Origin: Trichosphaerium sp. ATCC 40318
Lineage: Eukaryota; Protista; Tubulinea
Direction of reading: 5' to 3'
Assembly (NCBI GenBank): GCA_038496445.1
Contig: JALMLS010000507.1
Span: 310,001-374,000 of the forward strand
DNA length: 64,000 nt
A program made the translations under genes and the position numbers. Below the pieces are notes generated by a model. The model ran no database searches. It was given only the letters and a program-made list of their open reading frames with translations, and was not told where the DNA came from. Every line of letters starts with the position of its first letter. Positions within the stretch are counted from its first letter, which is position 1. Shown piece by piece: positions 28,404 through 40,567 of this stretch.

Positions 28404-30867
28404 ATGATAACACACGTCCTGGCTTGCTTGTTTCTATGTCTTGTATGCGTACAAGGATTTGGAAGCCGTTGTAGAGAGGGCATTAAATTTAACGCCACAA
28501 CAACGCAAACAACACAAGCATTCGAACCTAACCTCAAGGTGGCATTTGTCGGCGATTCCGTACGTTTTCATCAGCTGATGTTCCAAAAACTAACGAAAAA
28601 AAAACCTGAGTGATTGTTGCTTACACTTCTCATCAAAAAGGGTAACAGCGCCAATAGTACAGATAAGGTATACCAGCAAATAAAAGATTTTGGTGCTGAG
28701 GTATTCATTCAATTAGGGGACTATGATTATGGTATGTGGGAGTGTCTGTTGGTTCCAAAAATAAAGAGACTTGGAGACCAAAATTTGTGAAAAGAAAGTT
28801 CAATGTAGAATTTTTTGTTTTATCAATTTTATCCGAGTTCTCACGTGCATTGTCATAGGTTCCAATCCAACCAACTTTGATGAGCGTATTACAAAGGTTC
28901 TTGGATCTAATTATCCAGTTTTTGCTGCTATTGGAAATCATGATACATCACGTTGGACGGTATAGTGAAGTAGATAGTATTAAATTCGAACCAATTTTTT
29001 TTTTCGGCGGTTTTTTTCCGTGTTTAGCTCAAAAGTCATTTATGCGCAGCCGCTTACATATAATCTTAATAAGGCCCTACTCTTGTTGTTTATTATAGTA
29101 ACTTTTCTTTAGGGGTCAACTGGATACCAACAAAAGTAAGTTTCTATCATTGATGTATCAAACGATATTTTTTTGCTGAAAAATTAAGGCTTGTTGATCG
29201 ATTAAAACGTGCTGGAGTAGAAAACATGTGCGAAGGCGAATATGGAGTAAATACTGTGTGTAATTACAAAGGTATCTTTTTAACTCCAAAACAAGAAGCC
29301 AAGATTCCTTTTCTATCTTTAAAGCCTCGTAAAAATAACTGATAGTTAGGTTTTATTTATGTTATCAATGGCGTTGGTACAAGAGGCAGTGGTCACGACG
29401 ATTATTTAAGAACACAATTAACCAGTACAATAAAAATCTTTTTTGACTAATAAAACCTAATCACGTGGTGATTTTGTAGAGTACAAGACATCAAACTGGA
29501 AAATCTGCGGATGGCATAAAAACCAAAGACTATACCAGACTGGAGGAAAGAGGTATAGCCAAACAAGACTTTTGTAAAGCTCATTAACTTTGCTAGCGAT
29601 GAAACTGGATATGCTGTATTGGATACATGTAGAGAATTCGGAGGCATTGTAGCTACAGGACACGAACATAGGTGGGAAAAAAGTTATAAGATTATCTTTG
29701 AATATTTACCTATTGAATAGTTATGCTCGTACTTATCTCATGTCAAACTACGCCAGTCAACGTATTGACAACACAAATCCTGTTCTTACGTTGGAGCCAG
29801 GAAAATCATTTTTGTTTTGTAGTGGTAATGGCGGAAGTTCTTTGCGTCCTTGGAGAAACGGACTCGAGAAAAATCCTTGGTAAACTTCTTTTTCTGGTAG
29901 TTTGTTTTAATCAAGTTTTTAGGTGGGCTGCTACTGCATCTACCTCAAGCTTACCTCAAGTTGATTGGGGCGCTCTTTTGTGTACCTTTAACGTTGGTGG
30001 AGACCCTTCTAAGGCGCATTGCGACTTTACTGATGTTTCAGGAAGGCAATGGGATTCTTTCGACATTGAATCTAACCCAGAGGTATGAGTCTAGGATTTC
30101 ACCTTTCTTTCTATTCTAACCATTCTTGCAGTCTTATCAGGACTATGACCCTATAAATTTTCGTGAAAATAATGGTAGAACAATTGATATTGCCGTGGAG
30201 GACCCAGACGATGATCTAATGCTAAGAGGACCTTTTGACTTTGGTAGCAACTTAACAGTTGTTATAAAACTCACTTATCTTAGGTTCTCTTGCGCTTGCT
30301 TCATACAGAGAAGAAACTTCAGTATCCCTCCGTTTCAGACACGTTCCTCTTATCAAAGGAGAACAGCTAGACGTACACATAAATAGATCATAACCTGGGC
30401 TTAACACGTTCTCTAGACTGTACATTTGCAAATGCTTGGCAGAGAAGCTAATGGAGAGGTATCTATTCGTATCCACGTGTCTATAGGAACTCCAGATGCG
30501 CTTAACGCTGAATCTTTTATTTCAGAAGAATACGTTGAATGGGTAACCGAACAAGAGGACTGGTAAGAACAATGCCGTTTTGAAGAACAAGTCTAACAAG
30601 AAAAAAAAGGGAAGCTGGAGAAGTATGGGTTTCACCTAATCTTAAGTCACTTGTTGAATCCGTTATTTCATCTGATTCTTGGCAATATAACGATCCGATA
30701 ACGTTTACACTTATTGCAAAGGTAATTTATCAAAACACGTGATAAATATTTCAATCAACTTTTTAGTTGTTTTTTTTTTGAATTTGTTTTAGGGTGGACA
30801 TCGTGTTGTTCATGCTTTTGAAAGTGATGCTTGCTTTGCTCCAAGTCTATTCATTCAAACTTTGTAG
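28404..30867 (+). CDS. Secreted calcineurin-like metallophosphoesterase with a C-terminal beta domain
   Basis: Signal peptide and motifs VAFVGDS, QLGDYDY, AIGNHD, CGWHKNQ, ATGHEHSYAR. Confidence 0.85.
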
Positions 30868-31195
30868 TATGTTATCTTAAATAAAATTCCTTCGAACTTT
30901 ATTATTGCTTTCATCTATTTATTTCACAAAAATGCTTCTTTAACAGCAATGGAGCATGCACGATAGCATGCAACAAAGTCATGATTGGCTCCGGATGATG
31001 ATAAAAAAAACAAACTAGTAAATTGATCATATCCATCCTTAGACAAAAATAACAAACTCGACTGTGAACACTTACAACGAGGTACAGAAGTCAAAAAAAA
31101 AGGATTTCAGGCTTGAGTTTGTATTGACTTTTCAAAAAACACGTGTTGGTACGTTAGCCTTACAAAGTGTCGCAATATGTTTATTTTTTTTTGTT

Positions 31196-33218
31196 TTATT
31201 CGTCATCAATTTCAAAGTCATCTGCAGCTTGATGTTCATCTATAATATCCATTTCATTTACTCTTGAATCAGGGAGAGGTGGAGACCGAAATTTTACCAT
31301 GAGCTTCTTCCTATCCAGATCTTCTTCTTTGTACTGAAAGAAAAAAAGTCAGAAAAAATAAATAAAGAAAAAATAAAGAAAGAAAAAGTTTTCTAGTTTA
31401 AGCTAAAAATAGAAACAATGAAAAGTACTTTACAAGTTACACATATCTATAACTTCTATACGACCATGCATATTATAAAAAAATAGAAAATTCAAAAAAA
31501 AAGCAACAGCACGCCAGCAATTGATTTAACAAGAAAAAAATCATCTTTCATAAAAAAAAAAACCCAAAAACTGTCGTTTTTAACACGATGTGTTTCACGT
31601 AAATTCTTCATTTTTTGATTCAAAACAGTAAGTGTGTATCAAAATCGTACCTGTGATTTTAATCTTATACGAGAAGCAATAGGTGTATAAGTAACTTTAT
31701 CATTTTCGAACATAAAGAAATAAACATCATCTGCTCCAGGCATGGCCTTTAACTTTAATTTATCATAACCACGGACAGCGCTATAATCATGAATAGCAGA
31801 GGGTGCATCTGTTTTTCGCCTCTAAAACAAACGACAAAGTTAACACTCACAAAAACAAAAAAGGACAAAAAAACGTGACTCATAAGACATTTTTAAAAAT
31901 TGAAAAAAACAAAAATCTGGTTGAGTGGTTGTTCTTTTTGTTGTTGCTACTTTTTTTTGCTGGGTATGCGTACCTTTCGTCGTGGTTGAAAGTAATAGTA
32001 TGGAGCATCTCGCTTATTATTTAACTGCTTAGATTGCTCCATAATAATAGTATCTACAAATTGATCTTTATCATTAGCATCACCAACAGGCTGTTCCTCT
32101 GTAATATCTTCAGAAGCGACAACCTTCTTCTTAGGCAAGGTATCAAAGACAACTTCTGCATAGCTATTGTAGTATTAGACGTAACCGCCAAAAGAGGAGG
32201 GTTAAAAATGACGTAACTGATTTGATGATAAAATAGTATTTGGTAAAATTGGAATAATATCAACTGGTTGTAAGTTTGGATTTGTTGGATGTGTTGGTGT
32301 TTTATAAGCTTCAACAAATGAATTTTCTATTATATTTACTCTATCCTCCAATGACATATTACGTCCTACATCCATTGTATCTTGGGTATCCACCTTGACA
32401 AAAAAAGATTAAAAAAAAAATCGAAAAAAAAAAGTCAAACGGTTTTTTTTCCTTATTTCATAGATTTTCCATAAATGACATAGATCTCGTAATGGTTATA
32501 AGTTAATGCGTAGACTATTATTATTTCGCTATTGGTAGAGTATTGTAGGTCAAGGTTCACACCACGAAGCAAAAACTTTGCAAAATGATTTTTGTTATCT
32601 TTCCAAAAAAAACTCTCAAAACAGATTACTTACTTCCTCTTTTCTTGGTTCTAGTGTGTCTGCATCTGTGTTAAACATATACTGTGGTTTACGTAGCCAA
32701 GGAACAATAGGTGTAGAGTTTTTAGGACCACGTTTCTACGTTTTGAACGTCAGGGCGGTTTTTCAAATTTAAGTTGTAATAAAGCTACCTTTAATGTGCC
32801 GTCTATGAGCGATATATCCTCTGGCGATAGTTTAGCGCCTGGCTTTTTTTTGTAGGTATTTGTAGGGTCAATTAAATCAATAGTTACACCAAGGTCCACA
32901 GGGCATAGTAGCTCGTATTTATATTCAGTTTCTATTGAATTTTAACGTTATTGCGTTGTTAAATGTTATTTTACCGAGAGAACAGTTGCCATTGTACTCA
33001 GCGAGTTTCCTTAGCTTTAAATCCGAGAATAAGAACTTCGGTGGGAAAGGAACGGGAGGCAAATCGTTCATATACTCTATTTCCGCCACCAGATCCGTTT
33101 CCGGCTTTCTGCGCATAGTGTAAGTACTGTATAATTAACCAATCTTCATTTGGCTCTAATAAGCCCACCTCTTAATTTTTCTAGCGTCAGCAACGCTCTT
33201 CTTCTTTTCTGTACTCAT
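31196..33218 (-). CDS. PAF1: RNA polymerase II-associated factor 1
   Basis: IEYMNDLPPVPFPPKFL, DLGVTIDLID, VPWLRKPQY, IENSF..PTHPTNPNLQPVDIIPILP; acidic tail. Confidence 0.88.
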
Positions 33219-33764
33219 TTTGAAGAGTTTGTGCTTTTTCGAAGCGCAGAGCCTGAAATTCAAAACTTAACCATCAATTTCCGACTTAATATCAGCTCTT
33301 TGTTTCTTGCACGTGTCTAGAAGGCCGCTGTGATTCTTTCATGATATACACTCATTCTACAATATGGACAGAGATGATTATAGGTACTGTCACCTCATCA
33401 TTCGTGCTTTCTAGACTTGTCAGTCTGAAAACAAGCTGAGCGTTTTATCGGTAAAATGTGAAGCCTCAATTGCGAGAAACAGTTTATTGAAATTATGACA
33501 CTCTCGGTTGCCTTTACAATACGTAAATCAAGTACCATCTGACGCAGCACCAATCCTAATATGTCAATGTGCAAACTTGTCATAAACTAGTATTGAAACG
33601 TGATTAACAATCATTGAGTAGTTTAAATACTTTTCTCCAGCTAGTTGTGGTTATGTGATTGTGCTACAACACGCCCACGTCACTACATGTGTGCCACGAA
33701 GCGTGTCTATTCAGCGAACAATAACAGAATCAGTTACTGCTTGTAAGCGTTCTTTTAGCGCAAT

Positions 33765-34553
33765 ATGGCCCAATCTAGTAAATATACGCAACGTGTAGCT
33801 ACTAGTACCAATGCAGAGCCTGTAACTGTTCTTAACACTGAGGGCGCTTCCGTTATTCTCTACAAAGGGTTTTTATCGCGTAGAGAAGCTTTGACGCTCT
33901 TTAAAATACTAAAAAGCGAAGTTCCATGGAAACAAGAAACAGTTATGGTTAATGGCGTCTCTGTACGTCCTCCGAGATGTGTGGCTATTATGGGAGACGA
34001 AGGGCTAAGTTATAGCTACGTTGGTTCAGAAAAAGTTGCCAAAGGATGGCATCCGGCCTTACTTGACATAAAGAAGCGTATAGAGGACGAAACAAAGCAA
34101 TTATACAATTTATGCCTCGGTAATCTCTATCGTAACGGCCAAGACTCTATCGGATGGCACTCAGATGATGAACGAGATATTGTAGAGGACTCTATCATAG
34201 CTTCGTTTAATTTAGGAGCAACTAGAGATTTTTATATGCAAAATAAGAAAACACATCAAGAAACTAAAATTCCTCTTCAGAATGGTAGCCTCTTATTGAT
34301 GGCAGGACGTTGTCAAAAAGTTTTCAGACATGCTGTTCTTAAACAACCAAGAGCTTCACAACCAAGGATTAATCTAACATTCCGTCACGTGATAAACCAC
34401 AATGATGAAGATGAGAAAAAAGAAAAACTTACAATGGTTACTGAGTTACCAAAAAATATGTCTCAATCTGTTGCTTCTGCAAGTGCGACAAAGCAACTTA
34501 CAGCAAAAAAAAAGAAAAAAAAGAGAAGTAGAATACAAGGGAATAGATGGTAG
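33765..34553 (+). CDS. AlkB-family 2OG-Fe(II) dioxygenase (ALKBH2/3-like), intronless, basic NLS-like tail
   Basis: NLCLGNLYRNGQDSIGWHSDDE, HAV, PRINLTFR. Confidence 0.9.
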   Translation: MAQSSKYTQRVATSTNAEPVTVLNTEGASVILYKGFLSRREALTLFKILKSEVPWKQETVMVNGVSVRPPRCVAIMGDEGLSYSYVGSEKVAKGWHPALLDIKKRIEDETKQLYNLCLGNLYRNGQDSIGWHSDDERDIVEDSIIASFNLGATRDFYMQNKKTHQETKIPLQNGSLLLMAGRCQKVFRHAVLKQPRASQPRINLTFRHVINHNDEDEKKEKLTMVTELPKNMSQSVASASATKQLTAKKKKKKRSRIQGNRW

Positions 34554-35221
34554 TACTACAAAAACAGGCTTGCTTCCAAGTAATAAAATAACTAGAGATC
34601 AGTAATACTACTCCTTTAGCATCCTTTAGTACTGAGGCCTATTAATCCAGTGAGTTCTTTTACACTTTGTCCAACACTCATGGATACAATAGATAGTGAT
34701 TTGTTTTTAGCCTATGAAGAAAAATGCGTCATCACCTTTTGTGAATCACGTGGGTTTTGTGATTTATACTTATCAAGCATTGAAAGCAGTGACATCAACC
34801 TTAGTGTACAGTTGATATCAAGAACTGATGGAGTAGTCGAAGCTCCAACAGTTTCACTAACCTCAAAAGCATGTGATTTTATCATTTTTTTTAAGTCGCT
34901 TACTGACACTTCAAGCCACAACCGCAATTGAATATTTAATAGGCGTACATTTGTGCTTACATGCTACGACGCGTAATCATAGGTTCAGTTAGTACTTCTA
35001 CACAAGTACACAATAAAGAAATTAGGTAAGCTCAAATTACGCGTAATTATAACGTCCTACGTACTTTAGTGCTATTGAGCCACTCTTTATTTCATCTAAG
35101 TTCATTTAGGCATGTTATTTCGTCAAAGCGTCAAATGACTCGCAAACGTGACCCAATACCTTTTAATTGCGTAAAATCGTCATGCAAGCTAAATAAGATA
35201 CGACTGTACAGTACAACCAAC

Positions 35222-36526
35222 ATGGCGTCCAAAATAGCCCCTAAAGCTGACGTTAACGTATCCAAAACGCCTAAAAAGCCAGAAAAGTGGCCGAAGGTTT
35301 ATACAGACGAGAAGGATGGAATTTCCATGTCACTCACCTTCCAGCTCTCTGACGATGATGTGCTACTAAACGAGTATAAGCAAACATACCCTAATGGTCA
35401 AATGGCGCTATTACACCACTACAAGCTAGAAAACTACTCCAAAGTATCAGCTGCAGCACAAAGCGCTGACCAATTCATTAAAGAGAATAATATGTTCTTA
35501 GATGACGTCTATCTTGATGGAGAATGTAAAGAATGGTATGCTAAATAACACAGCTACAGCGCTAGCTGCACAATCACAGCTTTTCGCTTGTGAACGTGAT
35601 GAGACGCTAGAATCTTTTAGTTTTTCATTCTCTCTTTTTTCTTAGTTTAAAAGAGTTTTAGGCACGAAAACGGACAACTCAAGATTGACATGTTCTACTC
35701 AAATGCAAGTCTTTCAGGGACAACAAGAGAGTATTATGAAAATGGGCAGTTATGTTCTGAAGGTATGATCAGAGTCGTAAAACATGTGAAAACTTTTATT
35801 TGCGAACTTATTTGTTGAAAGAATTTTTTGCCTTTATTCGTACTTACAACAATGCTCAACTCTTGTGAGTTCTCCAAAATACTATACACTATCTTTTCAG
35901 CGTATTAAAGTTTACATCCGCTATTTTCTAGTTTCATCTGTCTCACTCCACGCACATTGACTTACACTGACTTTTATTGTTAAGGTTTTTATGTAAAAGG
36001 TAATCTACGTGGGCCAGTGAGAAGTTGGTATGAAGATGGTGTCCGTAAGGAAATCACACGGTTTAAAGAAGGCAATAGACATGGTGAACATATTAGTTGG
36101 TATAAAAATGGACAGCAATCAGAGGTAGAAAACTATCAGAACTCAAAGTTAGAAGGTGAATCAAAAAAATGGTTTGAGAATGGACAACTTAAGGAAGAGG
36201 TTAATTACGTCAATAATCAACGTCATGGTACACATAAAACATGGTATAATAATGGACAACAGAATGAGATTAATGAATATAAAAATGGAGAGTTTGATGG
36301 TGAAAGAAAGCATTGGTATGAAAATGGTTTTGTATGCAGACAATGGCATTTTGTTGATGGAAAATGTCTTGGCGAGTTTAAGCAATGGCATGAAAATGGT
36401 GTTATGGGCATGTTTGGTATTTTTGAAAAACAAGGTTTAAAGCTTGATACAGTCAGAAGGTGGCGTGAAGATGGTACAGAGGTAGTAGGAGAAGTTGTAG
36501 AGGAAGATGTCAAAGATTTAAAATAA
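35222..36526 (+). CDS. MORN-variant (YwqK-like) repeat protein A (3 exons)
   Basis: Repeats of about 24 aa, G..K.WY.NGQ..E..Y.NG..; introns at about 35536-35661 and 35762-35983. An upstream in-frame start is possible. Confidence 0.85.
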
Positions 36527-36642
36527 ATTTAATGATTTAAAAAAAACACTTACTGATGTTGTTGTACCTATGCTCAGGCATTTTCATCCTTCTAACTAGT
36601 ATACTCGCTGCACAATTGTTCATATAACGTTCCGTAAACGCT

Positions 36643-36822
36643 TGTAAATATGTCAATGGTAAACTACAAGGGAGTTTAAACGATGGCACAGTGGATTTTG
36701 ACCAAAGTATCTAAAAGAGCGCAACAATAAGGGTGTTCAAGAAGAGTGTTTGGCTGAGCATGGAATATGTTAATGGGATACCTAACGGATACAAGAAACT
36801 TTGGCACATGAATAGGTAATTA
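36643..36822 (+). pseudogene. Degenerate MORN-variant repeat fragments
   Basis: CKYVNGKLQG, then a frameshift, then EFKRWHSG; further on MEYVNGIPNGYKKLWHMNR followed by a stop. No intact ORF. Confidence 0.65.
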
Positions 36823-37110
36823 GACGGTAAAAGGAATCGTACATTTGATCAAAGAACCCATGACATTAATAGTAGGAGACAACTGCGGTTTAATATTGAT
36901 TTTACACGTTTGCAAATGGGTTAGCTGCTAGTTGATTGTATAACAGTGACTGTGAAGTTTTTATTACACTATTATACGTAAACTTGTTTTGCAGTTATTG
37001 AGAGCTTGTTACATGCTAGTGCCTTGCAAGGTTAATGGTATCTTTCCACAATTAGCTTTTGGTTAATGGCACTAAAGGGCAATACTGTACAGGAGGGTGG
37101 AATGTGAGTA

Positions 37111-37860
37111 TCAACGACGGTTAAGCAGTTTGCAATCATTGACTATTTTGATGTTTCCTCTTTTTTTAAGAACTTCTTCACCATGCTGAGTTACAGCAGT
37201 ACCTGCAATATTAATCTCTTTGACATTTAATAAATATTTCATTCCTTCATCAGTAACACTAGTAAAAAATAGATCAATACACCGTACACTCTCTAATGCT
37301 TCTAAGCCATAATCTGTTACTTTTGTAAAAGACAAGTTTATCTTGTACACTCCAGCAAGTGCACGTACTCCTCTATCTGTAACAAGTGTAGCTCTTAAGT
37401 TTATATCATAAACTCCAGCAAAAGCTTCAATGCAATCATCCGTAATAGGAAGGCAAGAAAAGTCAATATGTTTTACACCTGATAAAGCAGTTATGGTATT
37501 ACTTATAACTTTTTGAGAAGGAGGATCACTGAAATAACCAGCATAGTTAGTGAACAATCTTCCAAATGTTGATACAATGTCTTTAAGGATACTTGTCGGC
37601 GAGTACTGTCTGAATTTCGTACAATCAACTTTAGAATGTTTCAGAATGCCCACGTGACGAGAAGCGCGTAATACGTCTGATTTCGATTTAAGTACTACCG
37701 TAGAATAGCCCACATTCGTGTGAATAACATCAGCCAATAACCGACATGTTTGAGCGACCGCAAACCTTCCGTTTTCCAAATACTCCAAAATATACGTTAA
37801 AATCTCTAAAGGCAGTTGTACGACGCTAGTCATTGTATGGATTCCTTTGTCTGTTTCCAT
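37111..37860 (-). CDS. F-box + 22-aa leucine-rich repeat protein, intronless
   Basis: LPLEILTYILEYL..VAQTCR F-box; five repeats of the form L.GV..I.L..T.VTD.G.. Confidence 0.85.
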   Translation of the reverse strand: METDKGIHTMTSVVQLPLEILTYILEYLENGRFAVAQTCRLLADVIHTNVGYSTVVLKSKSDVLRASRHVGILKHSKVDCTKFRQYSPTSILKDIVSTFGRLFTNYAGYFSDPPSQKVISNTITALSGVKHIDFSCLPITDDCIEAFAGVYDINLRATLVTDRGVRALAGVYKINLSFTKVTDYGLEALESVRCIDLFFTSVTDEGMKYLLNVKEINIAGTAVTQHGEEVLKKRGNIKIVNDCKLLNRR

Positions 37861-38037
37861 TTTATAAGATAATGATAAACACGTGTTTACAACCTCTGGT
37901 CGTTACCAGAGATCGGTCTTCGACAATGACAAGGGGATACAAAGTAGAAACGAGTTGGGATAACTTTTCTCCGTTGGTTTTTTTTTGGCGACTGTAAAGG
38001 ACTTGCGCTATTGTGCACAAACTCGTCGAGTCCGTAC

Positions 38038-39343
38038 ATGGAGAATAGTCGCTCAAAGCTTAATGTTGTACTCTTTGGTTCAGGAGGTGTAGGTAAGCAA
38101 CCGTAATACCTAAAATAGCAAGCTACTGAATAAATCGATCGCTTTATTATGCTCACGTGCGTTATATAAAGTCCGCGCACGTGTGTGAAGCGATATAATT
38201 ATAATTATACTTTTTCATTAAAAAAAAACCTACTCTAGTCCTATTTTCGAAGCAACACTTTATGGTAGAAGTAGTACTTGAATAACCGAGTTTGCATATA
38301 AACCTAAACAGCAAAAATCATCGATACTTTGTGATAAACTCCAAGGACATTTTCTACTCTTAATGTAGCGTGAAATCGTGACAGTTTGAGACCTATTTTC
38401 TTGTATTACCAAAAACAATAGACTGTGATAAAACGGACACGCGTTTCGTTAACTAAATGACCTCTGTTTATGCGTATTAACGTGTTTATTTAAGGAAAAT
38501 CGTGCCTTGCTATCCGATTCTGCCATCAGCGATTTGTTGATAACTATGGTACTGAATGTTTACAAAAAAAAAAAATCCAAGTTGCTTGTTTGTAAAGAAC
38601 TTCTGCTCTTCTTTCTTTATTTAACCTTTGTTAGATCCTACGATTGAAAACTCTTATAGGAAGCAAATAACAGTAGACAGTCAAACATGTGTATTAGGTA
38701 ACGTCATAATAAAACATGATCGAACAATTTAAAGATCTTTTACAAAAATATTTTTTTGATTATTTCTTTTTGACATTGTTTTTTTAGACATAGCCGATAC
38801 TGCTGGACATGAAGCATATGCTGTACTAAGAGAACAATATATGAGACATGGTAACGGATTCCTCTTGGTGTATGTGCGTACCCACCCTTTCTATATACAA
38901 AAAAACCAATCAATTTGTCACGTGTTTTTATTGTTCTTTCGTTAACGAGTGTGTTTAAAAAAAAGGCTATCACAAGTCAAGAATCTTTTAAAGAAGTGGG
39001 TGAAATCTATGACGAAATAAAGGAAGCAAAGATGGTAGATAGGGTTCCAGTAGTATTAGTAGGGAATAAGTGTGATCTAGAAAATCAAAGAAAAGTAACA
39101 AAGTCACAAGCAAAGGCAAAAGGTCTACCTGTTTTTGAAACAAGTGCAAAAAAGAGCATAAATGTTGATACGATTTTTGAAGAGATTGTAAGAGAAGTAA
39201 GGAAGTATGATGCTTTTCTAGCTAATAGTAATCATACTACTTCCTCATCAGGACCAGAGAGAAGTTCTCCAGGACAAAGACGACCTAGAAGGTCCGTATC
39301 AAGAATGTTTAAAAAAAAGATGCCACAATGCGTCATGTTGTAA
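38038..39343 (+). CDS. Ras-family small GTPase with a CAAX box (CVML)
   Basis: [35 protein letters not shown]. Confidence 0.92.
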
Positions 39344-39688
39344 AGAAAGAGTAATAAAATTTCCATAAATGTAAAGTACCCCATTACTCTGTTCTCATTA
39401 TCTAGGCATCCTACGTTCGTTGATGATCGAGTCTTATCTACCCTCTCTAGTTTCCACCCTAGGCAATGCTAGTAGAAGGGTGTGATGCAATAAAATCCAC
39501 TTGTTTTTCATAGTCTACTGCACCTCTACAAGTGTCTATATCTTTCTAACATCGCGATGAATGAGCTGCAGTAATGTTGTAATATTACCACAATGACAGT
39601 AAGTGTCAATTAGTTGTAGAGAGCTGAGTTTTTAGTGCGGAAAAAAAAGTGTCAACTTTCTTCTTCTTGCCTAAATTCTTACTTAACA

Positions 39689-40426
39689 ATGCAGCTCTCC
39701 CACTTGTTAGTTTTCGCAGTCGTAGCTCTTTCGTTAGTTTTCGCCGCAGATATGGCAAAGGTAAGTAATGGCGTTTACGCTCAAACGATTTAATGACCTA
39801 ATAGTACAACAAGAGAAAAGGAGAAGAGTTTTTGGAAGCAAATAAAGAGAGAGAAGGTACAGGACAATCGAAATAAGATTAAAGAGAGCTAAAATAAAAT
39901 CAAAGGCGTAAAAGTAACCGACAGTGGTCTACAATACGAGATTCTTAAAAAGGGTGACGGTAAATTGTCTCCAGGTACGAAATAAGCGTGATAGAACAAA
40001 TCGATGACGTGGCTTTGTTTAGAAAAGAGCGACCGCGTCGAAGTACACTACAGAGGCACTCTTATTGATGGTAAGGAGTTTGATAGCTCATACAGCCGCG
40101 GAAGCACATCTCAATTCGGTGTCGGACAAGTAATCTCTGGTACACCTCTAACGCTAGAAAAAACCCAATTGCTGACGCTGTACCAAAGGATGGACTGAAG
40201 GACTTCAACTTATGACTGTTGGTGATAAATTCAAGTTTTTCATCCCTAGTGAGTTAGGATATGGTGCTCGTGGTGCTGGTACGTGCTAAACAACAGCGAA
40301 AAACTTCCCCAAAAAAAAAATGCTGAGTTGTTAAAAATATTTTTAGGTAGAGATATTGGCCCTAACGCTGCCCTCATCTTCGAGGTTGAGCTTGTAAGCA
40401 TTCCATCAAAAAAAGATGAGCTTTAA
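39689..40426 (+). CDS. ER-luminal FKBP-type peptidyl-prolyl isomerase (FkpA/Mip-like N-terminal helix, KDEL)
   Basis: Signal peptide, [56 protein letters not shown]; ends KKDEL. Confidence 0.92.
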
Positions 40427-40567
40427 ATAAACTTTTTTCTTTTTTGTCACAAAATCTTTTGTACACTACAAACCGACTATCGCGCTGTGAGCTAAATGAC
40501 GCGTTGTTGTTCACTTTGACTTGTAGCTTGACTTTTTTGTTATAAAAACAATGCGTAGACTGTCTTG

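Noticed and set aside
30469-30486. Apparent 18-nt GT-AG micro-intron
   Set aside because: It reads through in frame as plausible protein (IRIHVSIG), so no splicing is needed.
34560-34980. Possible small minus-strand gene or remnant
   Set aside because: No consistent spliced ORF or recognisable motif.
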